Shown: one piece after another, positions 22,460-36,133 of the stretch | How positions within the stretch are numbered: position 1 is the first letter of the stretch | Layout: every line of letters begins with the position of its first letter | DNA from: Podospora anserina | Taxonomy: Eukaryota | DNA length: 64,000 bases | Direction: 5' to 3' | Assembly (NCBI GenBank): GCA_017654855.1 | Contig: CM030332.1 | Span: 4,278,001 to 4,342,000, forward strand | Notes under the pieces: generated by a model | Seen by the model: only the letters and a program-made list of their open reading frames with translations | The model's database searches: none | Told to the model about the DNA's origin: nothing | Position numbers and translations under genes: made by a program

Positions 22460-25400
22460 TATGCCACACTGATGAAGTCGTCGTCGGTCCTGCTGGGACC
22501 GATGGCTTTGCTTTCTTTCCCCACGAGTTCCTTGTTTTGCCGTTGCCCTTTGGATGGCGCCGGTTCCCAGTGAGTGGTAAGGGTAGGCTTTCGAGATGGC
22601 GGACGTTCAAACGGTCAAGTTGCAGACGGGTGCAGGTTGGCTAGACAGAACGGGAACTGATGAACAGGTGGACTGATATATATGCTGGTGAGGGATGCGG
22701 GACAGTAACGAGTGATAGCGACAGACAGAAAACAGCGAAGGTGTGTCGTTTTAAAAAAGGAACTTTGTCGGAGGGGGTCTCAGCGAGCGTTGGGATGATG
22801 AAGCCGGAAGCGAACGACTGGATCCAAAGAAGGGAATTAAGTCTATTCAGCAGAAGCCTTGGTATGGATTCAGGGACTGGGGGACTGGGGGAGATTAGCA
22901 GTAAAAGGCGGCCCCAAATGGCGGACTATGGGTGGCTCTGCAGGCCCGACAGACGCTGTGCGTCCTTCCCCCAGTCACCCCCGTCATAACTGCAGCCGGA
23001 CATAAACCCACCGTTCATCAAAACGCGAGGTTGGAAGACCTCAGTCCAAGTTAACTGCAAGCGTCTCCGTTTGAGTCAACTCGACGAATACTCCAGAACC
23101 TTTCATCTGAGATCTGGCCTGCCACGCCTGCTCAGACACTCATCATCGGGCGGCTGAGGTCAACGAGCATTCCTCGCAATCCTCAGACGGCAAGCACCGC
23201 GCATCTGCATCTGCATGCCTCACTCGACGTCTAGGCCCAGCCACAGGACTTCTCCCGCCACCCCTCCAGCCTCGTCACGCAATTCCATGGGAGAGGGGTG
23301 TCAACAGTCAGCGACGCAACCGGTCCCAGCGTTCGCACAAGCGAAAAGCCGTCCAAGCCATTGTGTCTTGCCCTCTGCCGCCAGCACCGAAAACTTGGAA
23401 ACCTGGACCATATCCGAGCAAGGCATATGAATAGCAACCCGCAGTCTCAGACACGGACAACATCATGTGCTGCGCCATATTCCCCCCCGAACTGAAATGC
23501 CGCTGTTTCTATTGAAGAGAGGGCTGCTCCAAAAGCCAAGCCTTGGGATTCTCAACTAGTATTCTCCCGCATCACCAGCTTACTTCTGGGGCTTGATACG
23601 ATGCGTGATTTGTTGAGACACTGAGGGGCAAGTTGAAATACGGCAGCGTCAAAAGTAAAAGCTGTTGCTAGCGCATAGAGACCCCTATTTCTCCGCCGGG
23701 ATCGTACCTCAGACACAGAGCCAACGAGACCAAGCCGGGCCTCCTCCGAAAGGTCCACTGACGCCTCAAAACGCAGGGTCCTCAGCGTGGCACAAATGGC
23801 GTAGGTGGTTGGCTGGAATGTTGATTTTGAAGAAGAAACAAGCCGCTCGCCGCAAATGCGTCATCCTCGACGTAGGAAACAGTTGGCTTGGCATGTTGAT
23901 ACATGCAAATACTTGATATCCCCTCGGTCTGGCTATAATTCTATGATATAAGACATTCCGGTGGTTCGAAGCCCGCAAGGACCTGGGCCTCAACTCCCTG
24001 TGACTTCATCGCCCTTCTCAAACTCCCAAGGGCAGACCGACCGGAAAGCAATACGGAAGCAGGGCCTGCTGTCTTGGTCAGTACCTATGCCGCTCGTGTT
24101 TCTACCTATGGATGCTGACGGTTTCCAAGCACTATCCAGGAAATTCCGGAATATTGTTGGCCAAAACCTCGAAGATCTCACTGCTCACAGCCGACTTTTG
24201 CAGTATTTTTTTTGAGAGCCTGCCATAAGGCTGGGTCGACTTATACTACGGTCCTTGGCATGGATGCACCGCATCAGGCGGTCGACATCTCTTGCGCGGC
24301 AGTGGTGATCGCCGGCGGTTCCACAACATGGTGGTCCATCGAGGACGAACCGGACAGCCGGACAAGTTGTTTGCTCGCTGTAGCACTTTGACGGTATCAC
24401 CAATACGGCTGGAGGAAGCCGCCCGCCATACGAGCTACACCAACTCTCTTCTTTTTAAACGCTGCCAGCGGCGATTTTACACAGTAGAAAAGTTCATTCT
24501 CTTCAACCCTGCAGATGGGCCCGAGTATGACATGTGAGCATCTTTCGGTTTAAAATGTAACTCTGCACAGTCGATACGAAGTCGCAAGTGTCAAGTGTGG
24601 ATTATTGGACAGGCTTCCCCGGATTTACCGCGAAAATAATCATCTCTACCAGTATCGACCGGCATGGGCAACAAGGGCTGACGACCGCCTCCTTTCTTTC
24701 GTTTTTGAGAAATTCTCGCCATCGGAATGCAGAGAGAACGCCCGTTGCTTGTTTCTACAGACACCATCGGACAAACCGAGCAACCGGGAAACGGCCATGG
24801 GGACGGGATTGTCGGAGACATATAGGTCGGTTGTACTCCAGTTGTAAGTTGTCGCAGATATATCGCGATGACGCCCATTCATATCGCAACTTATGGCTTC
24901 TTCTTTCCTGGCTCATAGGAGACTTCTCAAAACCTGATATAGCCTCGTGATCTGAAACCTGGAAGCGGCAGCAAACCTGGACGCGGGGGGATTTGATCCC
25001 GGGAAAAGACTGCTCCTGCATCACACCCAGACCTAGATGAGCATGGAGAAGGCCACAGAACAGCAGAGCTCGACTTCCAGACTCCAAGCTGCTCCCGCCT
25101 TGGCCCGGTATCGTCGATGGAGGGAACGTCTCATGGGAAATAGTGCCAGAGGTTGTGTTTGGCTCACTGTACTTTTACCCCGCGTGTCTGTAACACGAGG
25201 TTGGAGGGGAGCGTTCTGTGAACAGCCACCAGCCACCAGCCACCGGTCACTAGGTACCGACCACCGACCACCGGCATTCATGGCATCAACACCAAGTAAA
25301 ATCATTGCAAGGAGAACTGTTGCTTTCGGTAGAGCTTCGCATGGTGGTTGCAAGAGGGTAAGTGGTTGCATGGCATCGCATTCTTCGACATGCACGCTGC

Positions 25401-26911
25401 CGAGGGGCAGGCACAGGCTTAGATGCTGCTGATGTCACCCAAGGGTTTATTTTAGTGCGACACCACGCGGGCTTGATTGGTTGATCAGATCATGTGGGGG
25501 CCCATGGGCTTGGCGCCGCCTCTGGTGCAATCAAACGTTAAAGTTGCCAAAAATGCCAACACGAGAGCCTCCCTCTGAAGCCCAGCAGAGACAAACAACA
25601 CCAACAACAACAAAGCAGGTTTTTGGATGTTGACGACTTTCTTGATTCTGTGACAAGTCTGCTTCCATGGCAACCCCCAGTTCGAGCACCATCCTCAACA
25701 AGATACACAGTTGTACACTATGCACAAATAATAGAATCCTGTTGTGATGACTGCGCCTGTATCCGTAACCTCTCGGGCAGCTTACTGATTCCATCTTGAT
25801 CGCGACTAGTCCCCCTTTCATCTGGCAGAAGCGAGAGTTGAGGGTTCGTGCAATTTCCCCTGGTCCTTCTGAACATATGCATTATGCTAGTATAACCCTA
25901 ACCCCTCGACGATCTAAATTCCCCGCGTGCCTCAGCGCAGCAAGGGCCAGCCAAGGGCAGCCACAGTGAGAAAACATACGAGGTTTGTTGGAATGCACGG
26001 TGCCGGGCACTCCCCTGGCCTGAAAGTGCAAGCAAAAGGAAATCAATCGCGACTCCCGATTCTCTTCCAGTTTCTCGTCAAGCCCTCAGAAGGCCCGCCT
26101 CACCTTTCGTCTTTCGTTTGGCTCTGTCGCTTGTTTTGGTTGCTCAACCGCCAACCGCCATAAAGTCCGAGAGCTGCAGGGCCCAGCATCCAATTGCCTG
26201 CCATCCGATCCGCCTGCGTCGAATCTCCCACTTGCCAAAGATCGATCCGACGAGCTTTCGAAACGCCCGGTATTGGCGTGGGTTGTTTATCCTGCCGTTG
26301 TCCTGCCGTTTGAAACCTCAGCTGGATTCTACCGGACCGTCGTCGAGAGCTCTTCGTGCCTGTGTCCGTCTCTTTTAAGGGGGCCCCCTTTCCAACGGCC
26401 TTGGGAAGCTTAGGGGAGCAACAAGTCTGCGCCGCTTCCATCTTTTTACGGACCTCTTCCAACCTTGTTGTTGTTCATTTCTTGGCATCCCGGGCAGTTG
26501 ATTTTTGGTGGCCAGCTGGCGCCCGCCATTTCCGTCTCCTGAGAAACCCAGCGCCTCCCCGCCCGCTGCAGTCGCAAGCAGTGGACACTGGCCAGAAGCT
26601 GGGCCGCCAATATAACCAAAATCCTGCCGGGCTCAGCCTCCCGTTTTTTTGACAACAAGTCTTGTGTAAGTTGTTTTCAATCGCAATGCAAGCACTTTTT
26701 GCAGTCCTGATCTCGAACGACATCGGGTTGTAATTTGTTGGCCTCCTCGACATTCGTCCCATTGTCCACAAGCTGCAAGTCCGTCCCCCGACGCGCTGGA
26801 CAGCAGAACCCTTCCTGCATAGGGTGAAGTCCCCCGTCTGATCGCGCGTGCGGTTCGCGAGTCCACAATGATGGAATGCTTTGCTAACATTACTTTGCGC
26901 TTAGCAGGACC

Positions 26912-29900
26912 ATGTCCCTCCCCGAACGGCCGGGCGCGAAGCCCTCTTATGAGGAGCGTCACAGCTACCGGCACACGCCCTCGCGGCGCCAACGGCCGGC
27001 AGACATCGAGGCCGGGTACGTCCCGGTCGCCGGCCAGTCACACCATCAACGTGGGCCATCAGCCTCCTCCTTCGCCGAGACTATACAGTCTCCTAATACA
27101 GAAATAGAGAGAACCCCGTTATCGCCGACTGGTGATGCGCCACCTGCCCCCGAGTCTCCCTTTCAACGCAAACGCAGTCTTATCCGACCCGAACGAAACA
27201 GAATAGGCAAAGACCACCCAAACTACCACTACCGCAAACATGCCGCCAACATGGCCACCCTACCGTCCTCGACCGGCAACGATCCGATCGCCGAAGACTT
27301 GGAGGGAACCACCGACCTGTCCAACACTGGTTCCAGGAACGAGGAGACGCCGTCAGACGAATCGCCGCCGAGAAAGAAAAGGAACTCGAAACACCACCGC
27401 GATGCAGATGCGGAAAAGACGACCCGATCAAGACGGAGGTCGAGTGGGGCGAGGCACGGCAAAATCACCAAGGACGGCAAGGGAAACAAGAAGAGGAAGC
27501 ATGTGGAGCAGATGAGCCCACCAAGTCTTTGGAACATCTACTGCGCCATCATCACGTTCTGGTGCCCAGGTTTTGTTCTGAAGTGCTTCGGGATGCCGGC
27601 TAAGGCCCAGCAGAGGGCTTGGAGGGAGAAGATGGGACTGATCAGCATCATCTTGTTTATTATGGGGGTTGTCGGTTTTCTCACTTTCGGCTTTACGCAG
27701 GTTGTCTGTGGCAAACCACCTCTCCGCTTGCGCGTGAACGAAGTTGGCGCGGGCTACATGATTTTCCACGGCTCCGCCTACGACCTTGCATCCTCCCACC
27801 ACCCTCCCGCCGAGGGCATTCCCCGCCGTCTTGATGGAAATGGCGCCAACGTCCTCTTCGATCTCCCCGAGAAGCACGGCGGAAAAGATGGCAGCTTCTT
27901 GTTTCAAAACGTCAATGGCAAATGCAAAGGACTGATTAACCCCGCCCCCGGGTCTGACATCCCTGTTGATGATGGCAATTTAGGCTGGTATTTCCCCTGC
28001 ACGACTTTCAACCAGGATGGATCATCAAAGCCAAATACGACGATTCCGTATTATCTCGGCTACGCCTGCCACACCACCGCTCGCTCGAGAGATGATTTCT
28101 ACCTGAAGCTGTCCGGTGCCGCCGATGTGTACTTTACCTGGGACGATATCAAGAATAGCTCTCGCAATCTTGTTGTCTACTCTGGCAATGTACTGGATCT
28201 GGATCTGCTCAACTGGTTCAACGATACACAGGTCACCTATCCTGACCGCTTCAAGGAGCTCAGAAACCGTGATTCGGCTGCAAACAAGGCGATTCGGGGC
28301 CGCGATATCACCCGTGCTTTCCAGTCGTCCGGTGACAAGCGGAATGCCGAATGTTTCGAGGAGCTCATCAAGGTCGGAACAGTCGATACGGACACTGTTG
28401 GATGCATCGCGTCCAAGGTTGTTCTGTATTGTTCGCTCGTGCTGATTCTTTCGGTTGTTCTCGCAAGGTTCGTTCTTGCTATTATTTTCCAGTGGTTCAT
28501 AAGCAAAACCTACGGTGCGAGCAAGACCTCACAATCATCCGACCCCCGCAAACGGCAGCAACAGATCGAGGACTGGACGGAGGATATCTATCGGGCTCCA
28601 CCGCGGTTCCCCGGCGAGGCTGGAAGCAGTGTTAACGGCTCTTCCGACCGTCAGAGCAAACGCAGCAGCACCTTCTTGCCTACTACCTCTCGTTTCTCGG
28701 CTGTGTATAGCGTAGACCGTTCCCAGCGCAAGTCCTCGGTCCCTACAACCATGGGAGTGCAGAGTGCCGCGGGTCAGCTCCTCAGCCCGAACGCTGTGTA
28801 CCGGCATGGTAACGACAGCCGGTCCAGCTTCCTGAAATCCGACCCCTACACGTCTAACGGCACTCCCAGCGACCAAGGCTTTGGCCCTGGTGGGTTCAAG
28901 GAAGGATTCATTCACGAGCGTGTGGTTGCTCAACCGCCGTCCGACTGGATGCCCAATGGTTTCCCGCTCGCTCATGCGATCTGCTTGGTTACAGCCTATT
29001 CGGAGGGTGAACTTGGTATCCGCACAACTTTGGACTCGATCGCCATGACTGATTATCCCAACAGCCACAAGGTGATTCTCGTTATTTGCGACGGTATCAT
29101 CAAAGGCAAGGGTGAACAATACTCGACTCCCGAAATCGTTTTGCGCATGATGAAAGACGAGGTCATCCCTCCTGATCAGGTCCAAGCCTTCTCCTACGTG
29201 GCGGTAGCCAGCGGCGCCAAGCGACACAATATGGCCAAGATCTATGCTGGATTCTACGACTATGGCGCCGATTCCATCATCCCTACCGAGAAGCAACAGC
29301 GTGTCCCCATGATGGTCGTGGTCAAGTGCGGCACCCCTGACGAAGCCGTGAAGTCAAAGCCTGGTAATCGCGGCAAGCGGGACAGTCAGATCATCCTGAT
29401 GTCCTTCCTCCAAAAGGTTATGTTCGATGAGCGTATGACGGAACTGGAGTACGAGATGTTCAACGGCTTGTGGAGGGTCACGGGCATCTCTCCTGATTTC
29501 TACGAGATCGTTCTGATGGTGGACGCCGATACCAAGGTTTTCCCCGACAGTCTCACCCACATGATTTCTGCCATGGTCAAGGATCCCGATATCATGGGGT
29601 TGTGCGGTGAAACCAAGATTGCCAACAAGCGAGCAAGCTGGGTATCGGCCATCCAGGTTTTCGAGTACTTTATTTCGCATCATCTCGCCAAGTCATTCGA
29701 ATCGGTCTTTGGTGGTGTCACCTGTCTTCCCGGTTGTTTCTGCATGTACCGCATCAAGGCTCCCAAGGGAGCTCAAAACTACTGGGTTCCCATCCTGGCC
29801 AACCCTGACGTTGTTGAGCACTACTCGGAGAACGTCGTGGATACGCTTCACAAGAAGAACCTTCTGCTGCTTGGTGAAGATCGTTACCTCTCTACGCTCA

Positions 29901-30663
29901 TGCTGCGCACCTTCCCCAAGCGCAAGCAAGTCTTCGTCCCGCAGGCTGTCTGCAAAACTACGGTTCCTGATGAGTTCATGGTCCTGCTTTCTCAACGTCG
30001 TCGCTGGATCAACTCGACCATTCACAACCTGATGGAACTTGTTCTTGTCAGAGATTTGTGTGGAACATTCTGCTTCAGTATGCAGTTTGTCGTCTTCATC
30101 GAACTCATCGGTACTCTTGTGCTGCCTGCCGCCATCGCCTTTACCTTCTATGTTGGTAAGTTGATCATAAGTACCTCTCTCCTATGGTTTATGCTGCATG
30201 CTAATGTCGTTGCTCAGTTATCATCTCGATCGTCAACTCGCCACCTCAGATTATTCCCCTCATTCTTCTTGGTCTCATTCTCGGCTTACCAGCTATTCTC
30301 ATCGTCGTGACAGCCCATAGCTGGTCCTATGTCGTCTGGATGATCATCTATCTCTTCTCACTCCCCATCTGGAACTTTGTACTCCCGACATACGCATTCT
30401 GGAAGTTTGACGACTTCTCGTGGGGTGACACTCGAAAGACGGCTGGCGAAAAGACGAAGAAGGCTGGCATCGAGTATGAGGGCGAGTTCGACAGCAGCAA
30501 GATCACCATGAAGAGGTGGGCCGAGTTTGAGCGCGACCGCAGAATCAGAGCCAACTATTGGGCATCAAGCGAGAACATTGCCGGCGGTAGCCAACAACAA
30601 CAACCGCTGCAGGGGCATCCACACGGGCATGGGCCATATGACGACTACTATTCGGACGTGTAA
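26912..30663 (+). CDS. chs-4: Class IV chitin synthase (yeast Chs3 orthologue group); exons 26912-30155, 30218-30663
   Basis: [55 protein letters not shown] and DDFSWGDTR motifs; no myosin motor domain. Intron 30156-30217 joins ORF 30307-30663 in frame. Confidence 0.95.
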
Positions 30664-31501
30664 AAAAAAAACTACGGTTATGGCTTTTTACCAGAGGTGT
30701 CGATTGTTGTTTGGACATGATTTTCATTTTCAGCGAAAAGAAGACTATTGATTTATAAAAGACGACTGTGATTGTTTGGCGGTTCGTCGGCGCAGCGTGA
30801 TGGGGGGCTGTGTGATTTGCTTCTTTTTTGTTTGTGTATGGATGGGATTGGAGAGGAGAGCCCGATTGGGGAGGCTTGGTGTTAATTTTTGTGTGCTGTT
30901 TTCCCTATTGATTGAACCCTAAACCCCTAATCATCATCAACTGGAATTCATCACACTACTTTTTTCACCCTTTTTTTCTCTTTTCCTTTTCACGCTTTCC
31001 TTTGTATTGTCCCATGATATCAAGTTATTAGAGATGGGGGATATATACGGCGGTTCTTTTTGTCTTCTCTTTAACAAGAGGAGGCTTTAAAGATATCTGG
31101 TGGTTACGACGTATGCTCCGAATGGCTTTCCCCAAAAAATTTTTTTTTGGGGGTTGTGATGACTGGGGAGAGAGACGGAGAGGAGAGTTTACAAGCTTGG
31201 GTGAGTGTTTTGTATATAGGAAGTTCGAGAGGAAGGGGGGGGGGGGCTGTATCATGATGACGGCTTGCTTTCTTTTTTAGTAAAAGGAGAGAGGCCTTTA
31301 TAATTCAGAAGTTATATATCAAGGTTTTGTCCCGGCTGGATGAGAGTGATTATTATGATGAATGTATGTGGATCATGTTTTTTCTTGCTCTTTGGGAATG
31401 AGAGAGCATTCATGAGAATATGACAAGGCAACCAACCAACCGTCAAGAGTTCGACAAATCTAATAGGGGGCACACAGCAGACATACATGATTTTCTTCCT
31501 C

Positions 31502-31507
31502 CACACA

Positions 31508-31558
<51 letters not shown>

Positions 31559-31560
31559 AC
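31502..31560. repeat. (CA)n microsatellite with two interruptions
   Basis: Seen directly. Confidence 0.93.
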
Positions 31561-33756
31561 CAACCTCGGTATGATCTTCTACCGACATCAACCTCGGTGA
31601 AGCCGAATTCCTTTTTTCTTGTTAAATATGGGTTGTGGTGTGTTATTGGGGGAAATCCTTCCCCGTGGCGGAGGGTCAGTCATTACGGGCTTTTCATGTC
31701 AGACGGGTATGTATGTATGTATGTAGAGAGAGGTGTTGGTGGGTGTTGGTGGCGGGTTATTAAGTGGGAAGAGAGAGAGAAACAGTGTGTGTGTGGGGGG
31801 GTGATACAGAATAGGGAGGAGGGTTTATTGGTGTAACGTTGGTCAAGATGTAGTCAGCTCATCAGGTGTTTTCGAAATACGATCGGTAGGTGTGTATATG
31901 TACTTTGGCGGCTGTTGTTTTACCTGCCTGACTTGGATGGGTAGGTGGGCTGGTGACAGGAGTAGTATGGACTGGGCTGTGTAGTGCGCGGTCAAGATCT
32001 GCTGTTGAGGTAGGTGGGTGTTTTTGTAAGGCTGGCAGCAGCAGCCCTTTTGCAAAGTTTATGATAGAGTATGGTTGCAATGGGGGTTGGCTTACGGGGG
32101 AATGGTCCGATGGGAGGGGGACTGGCTGTGTGTGTGTGTGTTGCTCGGCTGTTCCGTTCAGGTTGGATCAGTCAGCTATTATTGTGTGTATTTGTGGTGT
32201 GCGAGTGAGTGTATGTGTCTGATATATCGATTTCTGATTGAGCGAGAGACGCGAGATTTGGATAAGCCATGTCCTGCTTTCTTGAAGGTTAAGCGAATCC
32301 GAGACAGGCCGGCGGTAACATGAGATAGGTGAAGGGAAATGGACGTCAAGGTTCACAATCGAAGCCGGGATGGAAAAGAGGGTGGTCGCGGTTCCCGCAC
32401 CGGTGAAGAATTCGTCATGTTATGGGCATCTGGGAGTGTGAAATATGACCAGTCAGACTTCTCGGGATTCGTGGAGGAGACGATGGGAGTTCACACACAC
32501 CGACCGGAAAGGGGGATGGGTGCATGACCAGGCTCGATTGGGGTGAGCAGTGTGCGGTGCCGAATCTTGAATCAGGAAGTTGGCGCATGAAGAGAGATGG
32601 GGACGGGAGGCAAAATCTGAAGACTGGGGGAAAGGGGAACGATGCAAAGAAGCATGCACGACGACGAGTTTGGGAGATGCGAGGCGACGGATTCTGTCAG
32701 GAAACAACATGAGATGGATGAGGGGATAGGAGCACGCCCCCCTCGGGTCCTTGGAGATGAGGCATGATGAGCTCGAGCGTGCACCCCGCATGCAGCTCTT
32801 TCGTTGCCCAAAACCCAGATGGGAGAGAGCTGGGTCTTGCGGGCGAACCAGATCCCATATCCCGACTCGAGGGTGGCTGGCGACATGGCCCAACACGGGA
32901 GGATGATGCAGCGAACCGAGGGGGGATACCTATGTATGGAGTAATTCTTGTTCCTGTTTCTCGTTTTCTTTTTGCGGCTGGTTTTGAGAGAAGAACAGGT
33001 AGGCAGAGTTGAATGTTTACCTGACTGAGAAGCATGAGGTAGTAGCATGACAGGCTGCAGGGTTAAAACAATAGAAGTGTTTCCTTTGTCTGTTCTGAAT
33101 GTGTCAAGAGCTGCTCAATATCCCCCAAAACGCACAACCCGGTCCCCGCAGAGCGGCCACTCAGTGCGCATCCCGCTCTCTCCCGCCCCGCCCCATCCTT
33201 CCCACCCCCCACCCCACCCCACCCCACTGGTTGTGTGTTGTTTTAACAGCAACCCAACTGGCCAGGGGAGACAGGGCCCCGGCACCTGCAACCTGAACCT
33301 GAACCTGAACCTCACTCAACTCAGTTCGCTCACAACTCACACGCGGCACCTCACTTTACAACGAACCACCTCACATTTTGGTGGGAAACGCCCTCAGACA
33401 GCCGAGGACGCCATCGACGACTTGATCGACGCACACATGCAGCTGCCACACGTCCCAGGGTTCCAATCGAAGCCAGCAGAAGCACTCAACGCCCGCCACC
33501 TCGGTGAGCGTGAATCTTGAGGCTAGGGTCCTGGGTCTGCCGCTGGACCCGCCCATCCTCCCAGTTGGCCGAAAAAGCAACAAGACACTTGCAGCAGCAA
33601 AAGTGAGAAAAGTGAGAAAGTGAGATCAGAAAAGACAAAGAAACGACACGGCAGAAGCAAAGGCAGCTGCTGGCGTCTGTCCGATGCACCCCAGGTGACC
33701 AAGCCTTGCTCCCAACCCTCAAAACCCAAGACGGCGCGCCATCCACTCTGGCAGCC

Positions 33757-36133
33757 ATGCGGCCACGAAAATCCATTTTGGGCATTGCTTCCTCACCTAC
33801 CCAACCCCGCAGGCTTGGGAGTCTCATCAACCAGACCTTTGTCTCTCTTGCCCAGTCCACCGAGCCTTTCCAGGCCACTATTGCTTTTCCATCAACCAGT
33901 CACTATACCTCCCGCCCAGAGTTGACCACCACATACGCCCCTGACGAGGCAGACGACGAGGGAGAGGACTCGTCCTATGACTTGGACGAGGAAGACGACG
34001 GGGACGGAATCTATCTTGATGAGGAAGACGACGACGAAGACGACAACAACGGGGACCACAGCTCGGACAACTACCTGGACGAGAACCTATGTTATAACGA
34101 CCCATATAACTTTCCTGTTCATAACCACCCACCACGGCCTTCAGACGTCCCACCCCATCCCGACCTGTATCTGTCCGAAGAGAGTGACTTCTCGGATGGT
34201 GCTGGAACCCCGTTGGTGAATCACTATTCAGACGTCCTAAACCTGCTCTCTCACGACATGGATATTGAAAGCGCGAGCGATACCGACGCTGGGATCGAGT
34301 ATTCGAGCCATGAAGAAGATGACGGGCTGGACAACAGCCCGCCTGGTTCCATCAGCGGTCCCGAGCCATCACTCCAGAGTGGCGATGATGTCTTTTATGA
34401 CGGCCAGCCACCAGTAGAAACAACGATGGTTGATTACATGAGTGTGGCTACATTCCATCCAATACCTCCACCAGCTCCCAACCCACCCATGATGCACCAT
34501 GCGATGACAACTTGGTTCGAGGGTGACCACCCTGTTGCTCTCTCGAATCCCAACTCAGGGACCTTGAGGCCCAGCAATTACGGCCTGGCTGATTTTTTGC
34601 ACAACTGGACACGACAGAGCAACATGCTGCAAGGCTTGGTCCGCGGGCGAGCTCCATGGCCAGACAAAATCAAAGAATTTGTCTCCGCCGAGCCGACAGG
34701 TGTCAAGCGCGATGATCTTCAGGGCGATATTTGCGACTTTCAGGGTGTCGACTGGGACGATATGGGGGTGCTGAGAAAAGAAGCACGGGAACGCCGACTG
34801 CTCACTTACAACAACTATGTTAACATACCAGGCTCAGACAAGTGGACTGTGAGTACCCCATTTCCGCCGCTTCGTATTGATGATGAACTCCAAACTTACC
34901 TGGTGACCACAGCCCGATCTGCCTGATGTTATGCTCCCACAAAGGGAAAGCTTCTTTCGGTTCCGCCGGATGAATATCAGGCGTAATGTGAACTTGGCCC
35001 ACTTTCAGCTTCGCTATCTGTTAGGAAGCACTTCGCGTTCACGGGTCTTTTATCCTAGCATCAACTCCATACAGCAACTAAATCCCATCTCGGGCGAAGC
35101 CTGCCCGATTGTGAAACTGAGCGACACCGCCGGATCACAGATATCAACCCTCATCGCCGACCATGGCGTCCTGGTGGCGGGTAGCTTTATTGGAGAGTAT
35201 ACCATCCGCCATCTCGATTCGAATGAGCCCGAGAGCAAGGCCTGCCACACCGGAACTATCACCACCCATCTCAGTGGTATCACGAACCATGTCCAGGTCC
35301 ACCAGGCGCGGTCATCCTCGTCGCCGTTGGCAGCTTTCGCCTCAAATGACATGGTGTTCCGGACGCTGGACATCGCCACTGAGACTTGGCTCTCTTGCGA
35401 GAACTTTGATTTCCCGTTGAACTGCACAGCGCTGTCACCAGACAAGCGGTTGCGTGTCATGGTGGGCGACACGCTAAACGTGACCATCACAGCGGCTGAA
35501 TCAACACTTCCAGACGGCAAACCAGAGGTCCTCCGTGAACTTTCGGGCCACCACGATTTCGGCTTCGCCTGTGACTGGGCGGACGACGGCTGGACCATCG
35601 CCACGGCGTTCCAAGACAAGTCTGTCAAGATATGGGATGCCAGGTACTTGACCGACAGCTCAGGCGCCTCGGTTCCCCTCTGTACGATTCGAATGCAGAT
35701 GGCCGGGGCGAGAAACTTGAGATTCTCGCCAGTGGGAAGCGGCAAGAGAGTCCTCGTGGCGGCCGAGGAAGCCGACTTTATCAACATCATCGATGCCCAG
35801 ACGTTCCGCTCCAAGCAGACGTTGGATGTGTTTAGCGAAATCGGCGGTGTAACTTTTGCAAACGGCGGTCAGGATCTAATGGTCTTGTGCTGTGACCGTG
35901 ATCGTGGAGGGTTGCTGCAACTGGAACGGTGTGGGCTTGGAGACGAGTCAGTCTTCCAGGCGGAGGACGACAACGGTAAGCCAGTCCGTCTTGGAGAGCA
36001 CCCTCTCCGGCATCACAGAGGCGGTAGCTATGACTGGCCCGAGTCCGTGTTCACAGAAGACAGAAGAAGGAAAGAGAGCTCGACGAAGAGGTACAGGAAG
36101 GCGGCGGCGCAGTTCGATATCGAACCGTTCTGA
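33757..36133 (+). CDS. WD40-repeat protein (DUF2415-like family) with a long acidic disordered N-terminus; exons 33757-34848, 34913-36133
   Basis: CDFQGVDW, HFQLRYLL, FASND, LNCTALSPD, GHHDFGFACDW…TAFQDKSVKIWDAR and AAEEADFINIID motifs. Intron 34849-34912 restores the frame. Start codon uncertain. Confidence 0.85.

Noticed and set aside
23955..23985. GGTTCGAAGCCC resembling a tRNA T-loop/B-box
   Set aside because: The T-stem does not pair and no acceptor stem, D arm or anticodon arm can be built.
33047..33520. 157-aa ORF upstream of the WD40 gene
   Set aside because: Built partly from C-runs and an (AACCTG)n repeat, with no recognisable homology or clear splice link to the WD40 CDS.
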